Origin: Candidatus Hydrogenedentota bacterium
Lineage (GTDB): Bacteria > Hydrogenedentota > Hydrogenedentia > Hydrogenedentales > JAEUWI01
Length of the DNA: 64,000 nt
Assembly: GCA_016182605.1 (NCBI GenBank)
Contig: JACPGE010000074.1
Coordinates: 1,694-65,693, forward strand
Direction of reading: 5' to 3'
The notes beneath the pieces were generated by a model. That model saw only the letters and a program-made list of their open reading frames with translations. It did not search any database and was not told where the DNA came from. Shown piece by piece: positions 39,741 to 50,517 of this stretch; position 1 is the first letter of the stretch; every line of letters begins with the position of its first letter. The position numbers and the translations under genes were made by a program.

Positions 39741-40547
39741 TTATTTGTGGCGTTCCAGTTCAATCTGGAAGCGCCTGGTCATGCTGCGCTCGTAGAAGCC
39801 CGGAGCGAGGCGGGAGACCCACCACGCCAGTTTGCCGGTGGTAGACAGTACCAGGAGACGTTTGCGTTTGCGCGCGGCATGGAAGATGGCTTCCGCCACG
39901 GCATCCGGCGATAGAAACTTGCCCGTGGTGGATCGGTCGAAGCCGAGCGGCTGCCCCGCGCTGTCCAGTCCCCTGTCCGCGAAGCGTGTGTCTACAAAAC
40001 TGGGGCAGACCACCGTGACGCCCACGCCGTGGCCGGCAAGTTCGCAGCGGAGGGTGTCGAAGAAGCCGTGGAGCGCGTGCTTGCTGGCGCAATAGCCGGT
40101 GCGGCCCAGCAACGGCGCGAAACCGGCAATGCTGCTGAGCACGACGATCTGACCCCTGCGCGCGACCAGCGCATCGAGGGCGCAGCGGGTCATGTGCACG
40201 GCCCCGAAAAAATTCACTTCCATCACACGGCGGTAAACGGACAGATCGTTTTCAATGAAGGGCCCGACCTGGGTGAGCCCCGCGCAATGCACCAGCACGT
40301 CGATGCCGCCGAATTCCGAACTGGTCTTCGCTACGGCCCCGACACAGTCCTCCGGACAGGTGAGGTCGCCCGCGATTCCGAGCACTTCCGCAGTCCCGGC
40401 GCGCAACGCTGCAGTTGCGGAGTCCACAGCCTCCTGACGCAGGTCGAAGAGCGCAATTCGTGCGCCGTCCGCGGCGAAACGCCGTGCAATGGCCATGCCT
40501 ATGCCGCCCGCGCCGCCCGTGATGAAGACGGTTTTCCCTCGGTACAC
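39741..40547 (-). CDS. SDR family short-chain dehydrogenase/reductase
   Basis: TGGAGGIGMAIARRFA Rossmann motif, catalytic YCASK. Confidence 0.85.
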   Translation of the reverse strand: MYRGKTVFITGGAGGIGMAIARRFAADGARIALFDLRQEAVDSATAALRAGTAEVLGIAGDLTCPEDCVGAVAKTSSEFGGIDVLVHCAGLTQVGPFIENDLSVYRRVMEVNFFGAVHMTRCALDALVARRGQIVVLSSIAGFAPLLGRTGYCASKHALHGFFDTLRCELAGHGVGVTVVCPSFVDTRFADRGLDSAGQPLGFDRSTTGKFLSPDAVAEAIFHAARKRKRLLVLSTTGKLAWWVSRLAPGFYERSMTRRFQIELERHK

Positions 40548-40551
40548 GGCA

Positions 40552-41529
40552 TTACCCTTTGTGCCGGTTGTGGGCCATGTAAAACTCGAAGGCCTCCCGG
40601 CTGGTCTTGGCCGGAGTGAATCCGAAATCTTGCAGGAGCCGCGTATTGGACAGCACCGGGCGGTAGCGAAGAAAGTTCACCTGTTCTGGGCCATACTGCG
40701 TTGCGCCCACAATTTTGAGTGCCGCGATAGCCGCCTTCAATAAACTGGCGGGCACCTCAAAATAGGGCTTACCCAGCAGTCCGGCAATCTCACGCAGGGT
40801 GAGTGTGCCCGTGCCTGCGAGGTTGTAAATGCCGGCCGCGTTCGTGCGCAGTCCCAACAGAATCGCGTCTGCCACATCGCGATCCCAGACGAAAACAAAG
40901 GGCGATGAGGCGCCGGCGATGCCCATGATGCGTTTCTTGTGGAAGAGCGCCGTGATCTGGTTGCCGGTGTTCTTGCCGAGGATGGTGCAGGGCCGGAAAA
41001 TGAGCTGCTTCAGTTGGGGATGGGTCTCCCGGTAGCGCGCGAGCATCTCCTCCACCAGGCGCTTGTGATCCGAATAGGCAAATTCCGGATTGCCGCGGAG
41101 GGCATCGTCTTCCTTCAGGGGCACGGGATTGCTGGCATAGTAGCCGTAGGCGGCGCCGCTGCTCGTGAGAACGATCTGTTCCACCCCGGCGGCAATGCAC
41201 GCCTCCAGGAGATTCCCCGTGCCCTCCACATCGACGGAGTAGAGGAACGCGCGATCGTCCTTCTTGCCCGGGCTGACAACCGCTACCAGGTGCGCCACGG
41301 CGTCGATCCGGTGCGCAAGGAGTATTTCCCGGAGTGCACGGTCCCGGATGTCGCCGGTGATGTAGGTGACTCCCGCGATCCGCTCGTGCGCAGGGGTCTC
41401 CCGCACGTCCATGGCCACGAGCGCATCAAAACTCGCCCCGTGCTCGTGCATGCAGGCGAGGGTCTCTCTGCCGAGATAGCCCCCGGCCCCCGTGATGAGC
41501 ACCCGCCGCGCAACGCGATCGGCGGTCAC
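40552..41529 (-). CDS. NAD-dependent epimerase/dehydratase family protein
   Basis: VLITGAGGYLGRE Rossmann motif. Extended-SDR length (~325 aa) with YSDHK catalytic motif. Confidence 0.8.
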   Translation of the reverse strand: MTADRVARRVLITGAGGYLGRETLACMHEHGASFDALVAMDVRETPAHERIAGVTYITGDIRDRALREILLAHRIDAVAHLVAVVSPGKKDDRAFLYSVDVEGTGNLLEACIAAGVEQIVLTSSGAAYGYYASNPVPLKEDDALRGNPEFAYSDHKRLVEEMLARYRETHPQLKQLIFRPCTILGKNTGNQITALFHKKRIMGIAGASSPFVFVWDRDVADAILLGLRTNAAGIYNLAGTGTLTLREIAGLLGKPYFEVPASLLKAAIAALKIVGATQYGPEQVNFLRYRPVLSNTRLLQDFGFTPAKTSREAFEFYMAHNRHKG

Positions 41530-42449
41530 GGCTCAGCCCCTTCCAGCGCCAACTCCCGCGGGGGGTCGAGGGACCAGTACCATGCGAGCGGCAGCCCCAC
41601 GATGATATGCCACAATCCCCACGTTCCCGCGACGAGCGCCATGCCGCCCATGCCTTCGAAGAAACCGAAGATGAGGATGAGTCCGAGGGCGGAGTTTTGT
41701 ATGCCCACTTCAATGCAAACCGCGCGTGCATCGCGCTGATCCAGCCGGCAGAGCCGTGCGGCGCCGTAGCCCACCAACAGGGCTGTGGCATTGTGAAGGA
41801 TGACCGCCAGTGCGACGCGGTGAATGGTATTCACGAAGACGTCGTAGTTGCTCATGAACGCCATGACCAGGAAGGAAATGAAAAACAGAATGGAGAAGTA
41901 TTTGAAGGGACCGTGCAGACGCGCGCTGACTGCGGGCACGTAGCGGTTGACGATCATGCCCGCGGCCATGGGCACGCACAAGATGGTCAATACGGTGAGA
42001 AACAGCGTCATAAAATCGAGCTCCACCGCCTGCAGAATGGGGCGTGTGGACGGATTGAGGTAGCCGTAGATCTGCACATTCAGGGGCGTCATTACCACGG
42101 CCGCCACGGTGGATACGGCCGTCATGGTTACGGAAAGCGCCGCGTTCCCACGGGCAAGGTGGGTCAGGAAATTCGACATGTTGCCGCCGGGACACGCGCC
42201 GATAAGGATCATGCCCAGGGCGATACTGGGCGACGGCTGCAGGACCAGGGTGAGCAGGAAGGTGAAAAAAGGCAGACCGGCAAACTGCGCCAAGAGCCCC
42301 ACCAAGGGAGCCTTGGGCGACTTGAAGACTTTGGTGAAATCGCCGGGCGTGAGATCGAGCGCGATACCAAAAATGATCAACCCGATGAGCACGTTGAGAA
42401 AGATCAGGCTCTCGCTGGAAAAATTCAGCCGTACGGCATCGAGATCCAT
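41526..42449 (-). CDS. bile acid:sodium symporter (BASS/SBF) family transporter
   Basis: Polytopic membrane protein. GACPGGNMSNFLTHLARGNAALSV signature-like segment. Confidence 0.7.
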   Translation of the reverse strand: MDLDAVRLNFSSESLIFLNVLIGLIIFGIALDLTPGDFTKVFKSPKAPLVGLLAQFAGLPFFTFLLTLVLQPSPSIALGMILIGACPGGNMSNFLTHLARGNAALSVTMTAVSTVAAVVMTPLNVQIYGYLNPSTRPILQAVELDFMTLFLTVLTILCVPMAAGMIVNRYVPAVSARLHGPFKYFSILFFISFLVMAFMSNYDVFVNTIHRVALAVILHNATALLVGYGAARLCRLDQRDARAVCIEVGIQNSALGLILIFGFFEGMGGMALVAGTWGLWHIIVGLPLAWYWSLDPPRELALEGAEP

Positions 42450-42472
42450 TCACCTCATCCTCGCAGGGTTGC

Positions 42473-44206
42473 TCAGCCCTTCGGCTCCTGGTGCATGTCC
42501 TTGAACTTGATCAGATTGGGGGCCCACATGTGCTTCACGGGCTCGACGTTCACCTGAATGACCGCACACGTGTTTGCCGCGCGCGCCCGCGCAATGGCGG
42601 GCCCCAATTCGTCGATGGTGGTGACGTATTCCCCGTGGGCGCCCATGGCCTCGCCAAGCTTGTCGTAGCGCATGGGCAGCAAATCGGCATTGATCGTTTC
42701 TTCCGGGCCGAGCGACTTGAAGAGCAGCGTCTTCAGCGGACGCAATGCAAAGGACTGGTTGATCTTGACCATGCCCCACTGGTTGTCCGCGCAAACGAGG
42801 TAGATGACCGGGAGCTTGTTGCGCACGGCAGTTTCAATTTCCTGCTGGTTGAAGCCGAAGGCGCCGTCGCCGATGACGCAATAGACCTCCCGCGAAGGCA
42901 GGGCCGCCTTTGCGCCCAGGGCCTGCGCCACGCCGGCGCCGAGCATGCCCATCTTGGGTGTGCCCAATACCGTGCCCGGGGTGTGGATGACGTGATAGAG
43001 GTTGGTCCACACCGCCGTGTTGCCGCCGTCGATAACGAGGATGGCGTCTTTCGCGAACTGTTCCTGGCACGCCCGGGCCACGTGGGCCGCGGTCAATGGC
43101 AGCGATTTCTCCTGAAACACCTTGTCCAGGCGCGCGCGTTCTTTTCGAAGTTCGCCCTGATAGCGTTCCACAACGGCCTTTCGCGCCGCGGGCGCCACAT
43201 GGCCTTCGCGCTTGAGGCGGTCGCGCAGCGCGGCAAGAAAACGGCGGGCACAGCCGAAGATGGCCAGGTCCACCGGCTTGTTCAACCCGAGAATGTCCTC
43301 GTCGAGATCCACCTGGATGTGCGTTTGCTCCGAGGCGTGCCGCCAATAGGGGGGCTTTCCCCACCAATCGGTCTCGCCCACGCGCGAGCCGAGCGTGAGC
43401 ACCACATCGGCCTCGTTGCGCGCGAGGTTGTTCAGATCGATGGCAATCATGGGCAGGGCAAGATCGCTGGTTTCCGGAATGGCGCCGCGGCCGCCCCAGC
43501 TCGTGCAGACGGGCGCCTGAAGCAACTCCGCCACTTCGAGCAGTTCCGCATGGGCCCGGCTGTGAATGATGCCGCTGCCCGCGTGAATCAGGGGTTTCGC
43601 TGCCTTGCAGAGCAGATCCGCGGCCTGGGCCACCAGCGCGGGATCGGGCTCGAGCGCCGCCGTGCGCCGGTAGTTCACGGCGCCGGGGATAACGACGCTG
43701 TCTTTGTTGTTGATCAGGCTTTCGGCAACGTCGACATGCACCACACCGGGGCGCCCCTGCCAGGATTTGCGGAAGGCGCGCTTCATGATCTCCGGTATCC
43801 GGCCAAACGTGGTGGCGGTGCCGCTCCATTTGCTCATGGGCTTGATCACGCCCACCTGGTTGAAATACTGGTAGGCGCCTCCGCGATCGGGATAGCCGAT
43901 GCCCAGTCTGCGGGAACTGGTGATGAGCAGAACGCGGTTCCCCTCGGCGTTCTCCACGGCAACGCCCGAGATCGCGTTCGCGACGCCCGGCCCATTGCTC
44001 GCCATGCACACGCCGAGCTTGCCGGTCACCCGCGCATAGGCTCCCGCCATGTGCACGGCGCAGGCCTCGTGCCGCGGTGAAATCAGGGCGATGCCGTGCT
44101 TGCGCAGGCTGGAATAGAACCCGAAGTACGTTCCGTCGATGATGCCGAATACGGTGTCCACCCCTTCATTCGCCAGCATCCGCGCCATCACCTCGCCACC
44201 GAGCAT
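42473..44206 (-). CDS. thiamine pyrophosphate-dependent enzyme (acetolactate synthase large subunit-like)
   Basis: N-terminal TPP-Pyr domain (GVDTVFGIIDG...HEACAVHMAGAYARVTGKLGVCMASNGPGVANAISGVA), central domain, and C-terminal TPP-binding GDGAFGFN. Start assigned at MLGGEVMARML. The listed ORF start at 44254 is also possible. Confidence 0.8.
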   Translation of the reverse strand: MLGGEVMARMLANEGVDTVFGIIDGTYFGFYSSLRKHGIALISPRHEACAVHMAGAYARVTGKLGVCMASNGPGVANAISGVAVENAEGNRVLLITSSRRLGIGYPDRGGAYQYFNQVGVIKPMSKWSGTATTFGRIPEIMKRAFRKSWQGRPGVVHVDVAESLINNKDSVVIPGAVNYRRTAALEPDPALVAQAADLLCKAAKPLIHAGSGIIHSRAHAELLEVAELLQAPVCTSWGGRGAIPETSDLALPMIAIDLNNLARNEADVVLTLGSRVGETDWWGKPPYWRHASEQTHIQVDLDEDILGLNKPVDLAIFGCARRFLAALRDRLKREGHVAPAARKAVVERYQGELRKERARLDKVFQEKSLPLTAAHVARACQEQFAKDAILVIDGGNTAVWTNLYHVIHTPGTVLGTPKMGMLGAGVAQALGAKAALPSREVYCVIGDGAFGFNQQEIETAVRNKLPVIYLVCADNQWGMVKINQSFALRPLKTLLFKSLGPEETINADLLPMRYDKLGEAMGAHGEYVTTIDELGPAIARARAANTCAVIQVNVEPVKHMWAPNLIKFKDMHQEPKG

Positions 44207-44285
44207 TTTGTCCACGTTGATCCCTCCCAAGCGCACTTCCCAACCCACATGCATACACCCGCAAAATCCGGGTATACCATGAAGC

Positions 44286-45998
44286 CTATTGCCACAGCAA
44301 CCAGAACACCCCGATCATTAGCCCCACGCAAAGCCACCCCACCACGAAACCGGCAACGGAAAGGAGGCTTATCATTGGCATTTCAAAACCCATTCCGCGA
44401 AAAAGCGCCTTGCGTTCCCCCGATTCCGAACCGGGCGGAACGGTGCATGGCGCTTCAATGTGTTCGCCCGGCTGGACCGGCGTGCGGATGAGCCGGTAAA
44501 ATCGGTCAAGCTGTGCCGCGGGCGTGGGCCGCGAGACGGCGCTGACGATCAAGCCCGCGAAGGTGGCCGCACAAAGATAGGCCACAATCTGCCAGGGCAG
44601 ATAGGTGACCATTTCGCCCCGCTCCATCCAGACGAGCCGCCAAGAGTCCGCCACAGGCAGGCCGCCCAGCCAGGATACAAATGCGGGCCGTGTGGTGCCG
44701 AACCAGACCCCAAATCCCGTGAGCGTGCTCGCCCACGCGCCCAGTGCCGTATACGGCCGCCAGACAAGCCCAATCCAGAAGGAGATGCCCATCATCGGCG
44801 CGATCATGAACCAGATCTCCAGGGCCTTGATAACGTTGGGCACCCAAAAGGCAAAGAGGATGCCCCCAATCACCACCAGGACGCTGGTGATGCGGCCGAC
44901 AAGTAGATAGTGCGTATCTGCGAGGCCGCTGCGCAGGGGCCGGTAAATGTTCTGGGTGAAAAGCGCGGCGCTGGAGAGCATGTAGGCATCGCACGAACTC
45001 ATGACGCCGGCCAGCATCGCGGCGACAAAAAGGCCCAGCGCCCCCGGAATCAACTGCGGCAGAAAGGCCTGCGCCAGATCGCCGTAGAGCCGATCCGCGT
45101 CCAGCGCCTTGGGCGCGATGCCCTGTTGCGCATACCACGCCACCCCGGCGATAGCGGTGACACACCAGGCGATGGTGCAAAGCCGCTTGAGGAAGTTGCC
45201 GAACATCATGCCCACCCGGCCTTCGAACTCGGTCTTGCCCGCGCCGCAGATCCCCATGACGAAGGGCTGGGCGACGATGCCGATCAGCGCCTGCAGGGAC
45301 ATCATGACGATGAAGAAGCCCGTGATTTTCTCGGGCGCGACCAGGGAAAGCAGGGCGGGATCCAGCGACGCCTCAATCCCCGCGATGCCGCCCGCGGCCG
45401 ACAGCACGAAAGGCAGGAGCATAAAGGAGAAGACCAGCGTAAGGAGGCCCTGCACGGCATCGGTTACGATGGCGCCGGCGAGACCGCCCAGGGTGCCATA
45501 GAGGACAAAGAGCGCGGCGGTAATGAGTATGGCGGCATCGGCATTCACGGAAGCGCCCGTACAGGCCTCGATAAGGGCGCCCGTGCCCTTCAGGAGCAGG
45601 CCGGTCTTCACCATGAGGCTCGCGATGCCCACCACCGCGAAGAGCCCCGCCACACCGCGGTCGAAGCGAAGCGCGTAGACATCCGCCGTGGTCACGGCAC
45701 GGAAACGGCGGAAGAGGGGCGCGATAAGCCAATAAAAAGGCGTGACAAAGAGCCAAACCCACTGGTACCAGATGCCGGAAAGCCCGGATCGGGCCGTGCC
45801 GGAGGCCACACTGACCGCCTGATCGGAGGCCGTGCCCGTGCCGAAGGCGTTCATGAGCATCATCAATTTGCCAAAGCGGCGCGGCATGAAGAAGTCGCCG
45901 GTGCCAAGGGCGCCGCGGCCGGCCCAGATCCCGAGCACAGTCACCCCCGCAAGGTAGACCACCAGCACAAAAAGGTCCATTGCATGAAGTCCCAACAT
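44286..45998 (-). CDS. sodium:solute symporter (SSS) family transporter
   Basis: About 13 hydrophobic helices over 570 aa, with SSS-type N-terminal organisation. Confidence 0.8.
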   Translation of the reverse strand: MLGLHAMDLFVLVVYLAGVTVLGIWAGRGALGTGDFFMPRRFGKLMMLMNAFGTGTASDQAVSVASGTARSGLSGIWYQWVWLFVTPFYWLIAPLFRRFRAVTTADVYALRFDRGVAGLFAVVGIASLMVKTGLLLKGTGALIEACTGASVNADAAILITAALFVLYGTLGGLAGAIVTDAVQGLLTLVFSFMLLPFVLSAAGGIAGIEASLDPALLSLVAPEKITGFFIVMMSLQALIGIVAQPFVMGICGAGKTEFEGRVGMMFGNFLKRLCTIAWCVTAIAGVAWYAQQGIAPKALDADRLYGDLAQAFLPQLIPGALGLFVAAMLAGVMSSCDAYMLSSAALFTQNIYRPLRSGLADTHYLLVGRITSVLVVIGGILFAFWVPNVIKALEIWFMIAPMMGISFWIGLVWRPYTALGAWASTLTGFGVWFGTTRPAFVSWLGGLPVADSWRLVWMERGEMVTYLPWQIVAYLCAATFAGLIVSAVSRPTPAAQLDRFYRLIRTPVQPGEHIEAPCTVPPGSESGERKALFRGMGFEMPMISLLSVAGFVVGWLCVGLMIGVFWLLWQ

Positions 45999-46076
45999 GG
46001 ATCTATGCTTCCCTTATACTTGCCCAAGCCTTTAGGGTTCGAGGTGAACATACCACAGTCCGGAGGAGAGGCACAC

Positions 46077-47105
46077 ATGAAAACGTACCGCGTGTTTCAA
46101 TTGGCCCTGCTCACCGTCCTCACGGTAGCTTCGATCGCCCCCGGACTGGGGGCGCAGGGGACCGACGCTTTTGTGGTGCGGAAACACCCGGGGCGGATGG
46201 ACATCCTGTTCGGCGAGTCTCCGGTGGCCACGTATGTCTGGGAAGATCCCAAAATACCGCGCCCCTACTTCTGCCAGGTGACCACCCTTCAGGGGATTCC
46301 GGTCTCGCGGACCTCGCCCCCCGATCCCATTGCGGACCGGGGAAACGAAGATCACCCTGAGTTTCACCCGGGGATCTGGCTCGCTTTCGGGGATCTCAAC
46401 GGGATGGATTTTTGGCGCAACCGGGCACGGGTGCGCCACGACGGCTTTGCGATGGAACCGGAAGCCAACAGCAAGCGCCTTCAGTTCGCCGTGCGCAATG
46501 TTTACGAGACGCTGGAAGAGCCGGCCACGGCAATCGCCGAGGAGCACTGCACCTACTCCTTCCAAACCGTGCGCAATGGCGTGCTGCTCGTAACGCAGAC
46601 GGAAATCAAGCGCATGGATGGCGCCCTCATTTTCGGCGACCAGGAGGAGATGGGATTCGGCGTGCGCATGGCCACCAAGCTGCGCGTAAAAGGCGGCGGC
46701 GGCCACTTGGTCAACAGCCGCTTTGGCCGCAGCGAAGCCGGCATCTGGGGCAAGACGGCCGACTGGTGCGCGGGTGACGGGCGCGTGGGCGACCGGGTGG
46801 CGGGCATGATGGTGATGCCGGGACCCGAGAATTTCCGGCCTTCGTGGTTCCATGTGCGCGACTACGGATTGATCCTGGCCAATCCCTTTGGCAAAAAAGC
46901 CATGACCGGGCCCGACGACCCCATGGTTTTTCCGGATCATACGGAGCGCAGCAAGGGAACCCCCATGCGGCTTAGCTTTGGCGTCTATATCTTTGACACG
47001 CATTGGACCCGAACGGGAGACTATCAAGAAATGTATATCGAATTCTTGAAGTGCCTGAAAAGTCTCCCCGAACCCAAGGCCGCACCCAAGAATACCGGGA
47101 ACTAA
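46077..47105 (+). CDS. hypothetical exported protein
   Basis: ATG 46077 is preceded by GGAGGAG at 46062-46068, with a signal peptide MKTYRVFQLALLTVLTVASIAPGLGA. It is the only plausible part of the long 44910-47105 ORF. Confidence 0.6.
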   Translation: MKTYRVFQLALLTVLTVASIAPGLGAQGTDAFVVRKHPGRMDILFGESPVATYVWEDPKIPRPYFCQVTTLQGIPVSRTSPPDPIADRGNEDHPEFHPGIWLAFGDLNGMDFWRNRARVRHDGFAMEPEANSKRLQFAVRNVYETLEEPATAIAEEHCTYSFQTVRNGVLLVTQTEIKRMDGALIFGDQEEMGFGVRMATKLRVKGGGGHLVNSRFGRSEAGIWGKTADWCAGDGRVGDRVAGMMVMPGPENFRPSWFHVRDYGLILANPFGKKAMTGPDDPMVFPDHTERSKGTPMRLSFGVYIFDTHWTRTGDYQEMYIEFLKCLKSLPEPKAAPKNTGN

Positions 47106-47108
47106 CGC

Positions 47109-47966
47109 ATGAAACTGGGCCTTGTGGGATTGGGGCTGCTGGGAAGCGCCGTGGCGGAGCGCTTGCATGCCGCGGGCTGCATCGTGCACGGCTACGATGT
47201 GCGGCCTGAAGCGGTCCTTGCCGCAGCGGCGCTGGGAATACACGCGCATGAAAACGCGGTGGCGGTGCAGGCGCCGTTGGTCATCTTGAACTTGCTCACT
47301 TCCGGCGACCGCCGGACCCTGTTGTGGGGCGATCAGGCCTTCGCACAGGCGCTGCTGCCGGGCACCGTGGTGCTGGACACTTCGACCGGGGATCCCGCCC
47401 ACCTGGTGGAGGATCATCAACGGCTGCATGAGCAAGGGGTGCGCCTGATTGATGCCTGTGTCGCGGGATCGAGCGACGAAGTGCGCAAGCAGGAAGCCCT
47501 CCTGCTGGTGGGGGCTACGGCGCAGGAGATGGCGCCCTTTGCGCCGATCCTGGAGGCCATTTCGCGCCGCCAGTTCTACTTCGAAAGTCCAGGCCAGGGA
47601 TGCCGCGCAAAGCTGATCTTTAATACGGTGCTGGGGCTGCACCGGCTTGTGCTGGCGGAAGCGCTCGGGCTTGCGCGCAAGAGCGGCTTCGACCTGGCGG
47701 AGATGCTCTCCCTCTTGCAGGCGGGCGCCGCCCATTCCGCCGTGATGGACACGAAGGGCGTCCGGATGGTGACGGAACACTATGCGCCTCCCGTGGCGCG
47801 CCTTTCGCAACATGCGAAGGACGTGGATCTGATCCTGGCCTTTGCCGAGTCCGTGGGCGCCGATGTGCCGGTATCCAGGCTGCATCGCGATCTGCTCACA
47901 GAAGCGCTGGCGCTGGGCGCCGGGGAACTGGACAACGCCGCGATATTCACGCGCTACCCCAGGTGA
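47109..47966 (+). CDS. NAD(P)-binding 3-hydroxyisobutyrate/6-phosphogluconate dehydrogenase-like oxidoreductase
   Basis: MKLGLVGLGLLGSAVAERL Rossmann N-terminus. Length ~285 aa. Confidence 0.8.
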   Translation: MKLGLVGLGLLGSAVAERLHAAGCIVHGYDVRPEAVLAAAALGIHAHENAVAVQAPLVILNLLTSGDRRTLLWGDQAFAQALLPGTVVLDTSTGDPAHLVEDHQRLHEQGVRLIDACVAGSSDEVRKQEALLLVGATAQEMAPFAPILEAISRRQFYFESPGQGCRAKLIFNTVLGLHRLVLAEALGLARKSGFDLAEMLSLLQAGAAHSAVMDTKGVRMVTEHYAPPVARLSQHAKDVDLILAFAESVGADVPVSRLHRDLLTEALALGAGELDNAAIFTRYPR

Positions 47967-48055
47967 GCCGCCACTGCGTCGTCGCGTTGCCCCGCCCGCA
48001 TGCCTCTGATAAACTGTTTCCCGCGAACCCTGTGCACATTTCTTGTGGTACCGCT

Positions 48056-50512
48056 ATGATTAAAGCCCTTCCCACAATTGCCATCTTCCTGGCCGTTCTT
48101 GCGCCGCTGCATGCGGGCCGGGCCAGTGCTGCCCCGATCTCCTTCAATCGCGACATCCGCCCCGTACTGTCGGAGACCTGTTTCAAGTGCCACGGTCCGG
48201 ATGGCGGTGCGCGGAAGGCGGGCCTTCGCCTCGATCTCCGCGAGGGCGCGCTTGCGCCGCTGGAGCCCGGGGTGGCGGCTATCGTTCCGGGTGATCGCGC
48301 GGCCAGCACACTCTACCAGCGCGTGACGGCGGCGGATCCGGATGACCGGATGCCCCCGGCGGAAACGGGCCACACCCTGAGCCCGGCGCAGATCGCGGCG
48401 TTGGGACAATGGATAGATGAGGGCGCGCCCTATCAACTGCACTGGGCCTTTCTTCCGCCGGTGAAAGCTGCGCCACCGGATGTGGCACAGAGCGCCCCGG
48501 CGAAGAATGCGATCGATCGTTTTATTCTTGCGCGCCAGGAAGCGGCAGGGCTGGTCCCATCGCCCGAAGCCAACCCGAGCGCGCTCCTGCGCCGGGTCTA
48601 TCTCGATCTCACGGGCCTCCCCCCGGCGCCGGATGCGCTGGCGGATTTCCTGGCAGACACCGCCGGCGATGCCTATGAGCGCGTGGTGGATCAACTGTTG
48701 GGCTCGCCACAATTCGGCGAGCGCTGGGGGCGCCACTGGCTGGATGCGGCGCGCTATGCCGATTCCAATGGTTACAGCATCGATGGGCCCCGCTCGATCT
48801 GGCCCTACCGCGATTATGTGGTGAACGCGTTTAATGCGAACAAGCCCTTCGACCAGTTTGTGATCGAGCAGATGGCGGGGGATTTGTTGCCCGGCAGCAC
48901 CGTGGAGCAGCGGGTGGCCACGGGCTTTCACCGCAACACGATGATCAACGAGGAAGGCGGTGTCGACAAGGAAGAATTCCGGATGGAGGCGGTGATCGAT
49001 CGGGTGAATACGGTGGGGACCGTGTTTCTGGGCCTGACCCTGGGCTGCGCGCGCTGCCACGATCACAAATACGATCCGATTGCCGCGAAGGAGTACTTTC
49101 AACTTTTCGCGTTCCTGAACAATGATGAGGAGGTGGACCTTCGGGTGTCCAGCGCGGAGGCGGAAGCGGGTATAGCCCGCGCGGAAACGGCGATCGCAGA
49201 GGCAAAGGCGCAGATCGTGGCCTACCTCGCGGAGAGCGCGCCGCAGCAGGTGGCGTGGGAAGAGGCGCTGACGCTGCCGCGTATTCGCAGCTTTACCGAG
49301 CCGGAACAACAGGCGCTGTTGATCGCGGACGAAAAACGCACGGAGGAGCAGCGCAAGCTGGTGCTGGAACGTTTCAAGCAGGACGACGAGACCATTCAAC
49401 GCCTGGAAGCCAAGATAAGACGGCATGCGCCGCGCCTGGAAGGCGTTCCGAAGTCGATGGTGCTGGCCCCACGCACCACGCCCCGGGAGTCCTGGTTCCT
49501 GGAGGCGGGCGACTACACGCGCAAGTCGGAGCGTGTGTTTCCTGGCGTGCCTGCGGTATTGCACGATCTCCCTCCGGACGCCACAGGCACGCGGCTGGAC
49601 CTGGCGCGGTGGCTGGTGGCTCCCGAGAATCCACTGTTGGCGCGCGTGACGGTGAACCGCTTCTGGCAACAGTTGTTTGGCCGGGGGCTCGTGGAGACGG
49701 AAAACGATTTTGGTTCGCAGGGCCTGCCGCCAAGCCACCCCGAGTTGCTGGACTGGCTGGCCACGGAGTTCGTGGATCGCGGCTGGGACACAAAATCCAT
49801 CTTGAAAAGTATCGTGATGTCGGCGACGTACCGGCAGTCCTCGGCGCGCCGGGAAGACCTGGAACACAACGATCCGAACAACGTGCTGCTGGCGCGCCAG
49901 AACCGGCTGCGCCTCGACGCGGAAATCATTCGCGATGCGGCGCTCTCGGTGGCCGGTGTGCTGGACAAGCGCCTGGGCGGGCCGCCAGTCTATCCGCCTC
50001 AGCCCGAAGGCGTGACGAAGCTGGGGCAGCAGCAGCGCGACTGGAATGCGAGTGTTGGCGGCGACCGGTACCGGCGGGGACTGTATACCGCCTTGTGGCG
50101 TGCGACACCGTACTACGGGCTTTCGGTCTTCGATGCCCCGAACGCGCAGGAGACCTGCACACGCCGCATACGATCCAACACGCCGCTTCAGGCGCTCACC
50201 CTGCTCAACGATCGGTCCTTCGTGGAACTGGCGCAGGCCGTGGCGCGGCGCCTCTCCACCATGCCGGATCCATCGCCTGAAGCGCGGCTGCATCAGGCCT
50301 TTCAATGGTGCCTCGCACGCACCCCGGACGCGCACGAAACGGCGCTTTTGCTCGAACTTTACGAGGCACAGCGGCGCGCATTTGCGCAGGACGCGCCGGA
50401 AACCGTGCAATCCGTGTGGGGCGCTGCAGCACAGGCAAGCCCGGAAAACGCGGCGTGGACCATGGTGGCGCGGGCGCTGCTCAACCTCGACGAATTTGTG
50501 ACGCGGGAGTAA
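48056..50512 (+). CDS. PSCyt-DUF1549-DUF1553 family protein (paralog, shorter)
   Basis: Start refined to MIKALPTIAIFLAVLAPLHA (signal peptide). CFKCHGPDGGARKA motif. Conserved blocks are shared with the two longer paralogs. Confidence 0.85.
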   Translation: MIKALPTIAIFLAVLAPLHAGRASAAPISFNRDIRPVLSETCFKCHGPDGGARKAGLRLDLREGALAPLEPGVAAIVPGDRAASTLYQRVTAADPDDRMPPAETGHTLSPAQIAALGQWIDEGAPYQLHWAFLPPVKAAPPDVAQSAPAKNAIDRFILARQEAAGLVPSPEANPSALLRRVYLDLTGLPPAPDALADFLADTAGDAYERVVDQLLGSPQFGERWGRHWLDAARYADSNGYSIDGPRSIWPYRDYVVNAFNANKPFDQFVIEQMAGDLLPGSTVEQRVATGFHRNTMINEEGGVDKEEFRMEAVIDRVNTVGTVFLGLTLGCARCHDHKYDPIAAKEYFQLFAFLNNDEEVDLRVSSAEAEAGIARAETAIAEAKAQIVAYLAESAPQQVAWEEALTLPRIRSFTEPEQQALLIADEKRTEEQRKLVLERFKQDDETIQRLEAKIRRHAPRLEGVPKSMVLAPRTTPRESWFLEAGDYTRKSERVFPGVPAVLHDLPPDATGTRLDLARWLVAPENPLLARVTVNRFWQQLFGRGLVETENDFGSQGLPPSHPELLDWLATEFVDRGWDTKSILKSIVMSATYRQSSARREDLEHNDPNNVLLARQNRLRLDAEIIRDAALSVAGVLDKRLGGPPVYPPQPEGVTKLGQQQRDWNASVGGDRYRRGLYTALWRATPYYGLSVFDAPNAQETCTRRIRSNTPLQALTLLNDRSFVELAQAVARRLSTMPDPSPEARLHQAFQWCLARTPDAHETALLLELYEAQRRAFAQDAPETVQSVWGAAAQASPENAAWTMVARALLNLDEFVTRE

Positions 50513-50517
50513 TCGCG

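Noticed and set aside
44910-47105. 731-aa plus-strand ORF spanning the antisense of the sodium:solute symporter gene
   Set aside because: Only the last ~342 codons (from ATG 46077, with SD and signal peptide) look like a real gene. The upstream part is antisense to a well-supported transporter and translates to Arg/Gly/His-rich junk.
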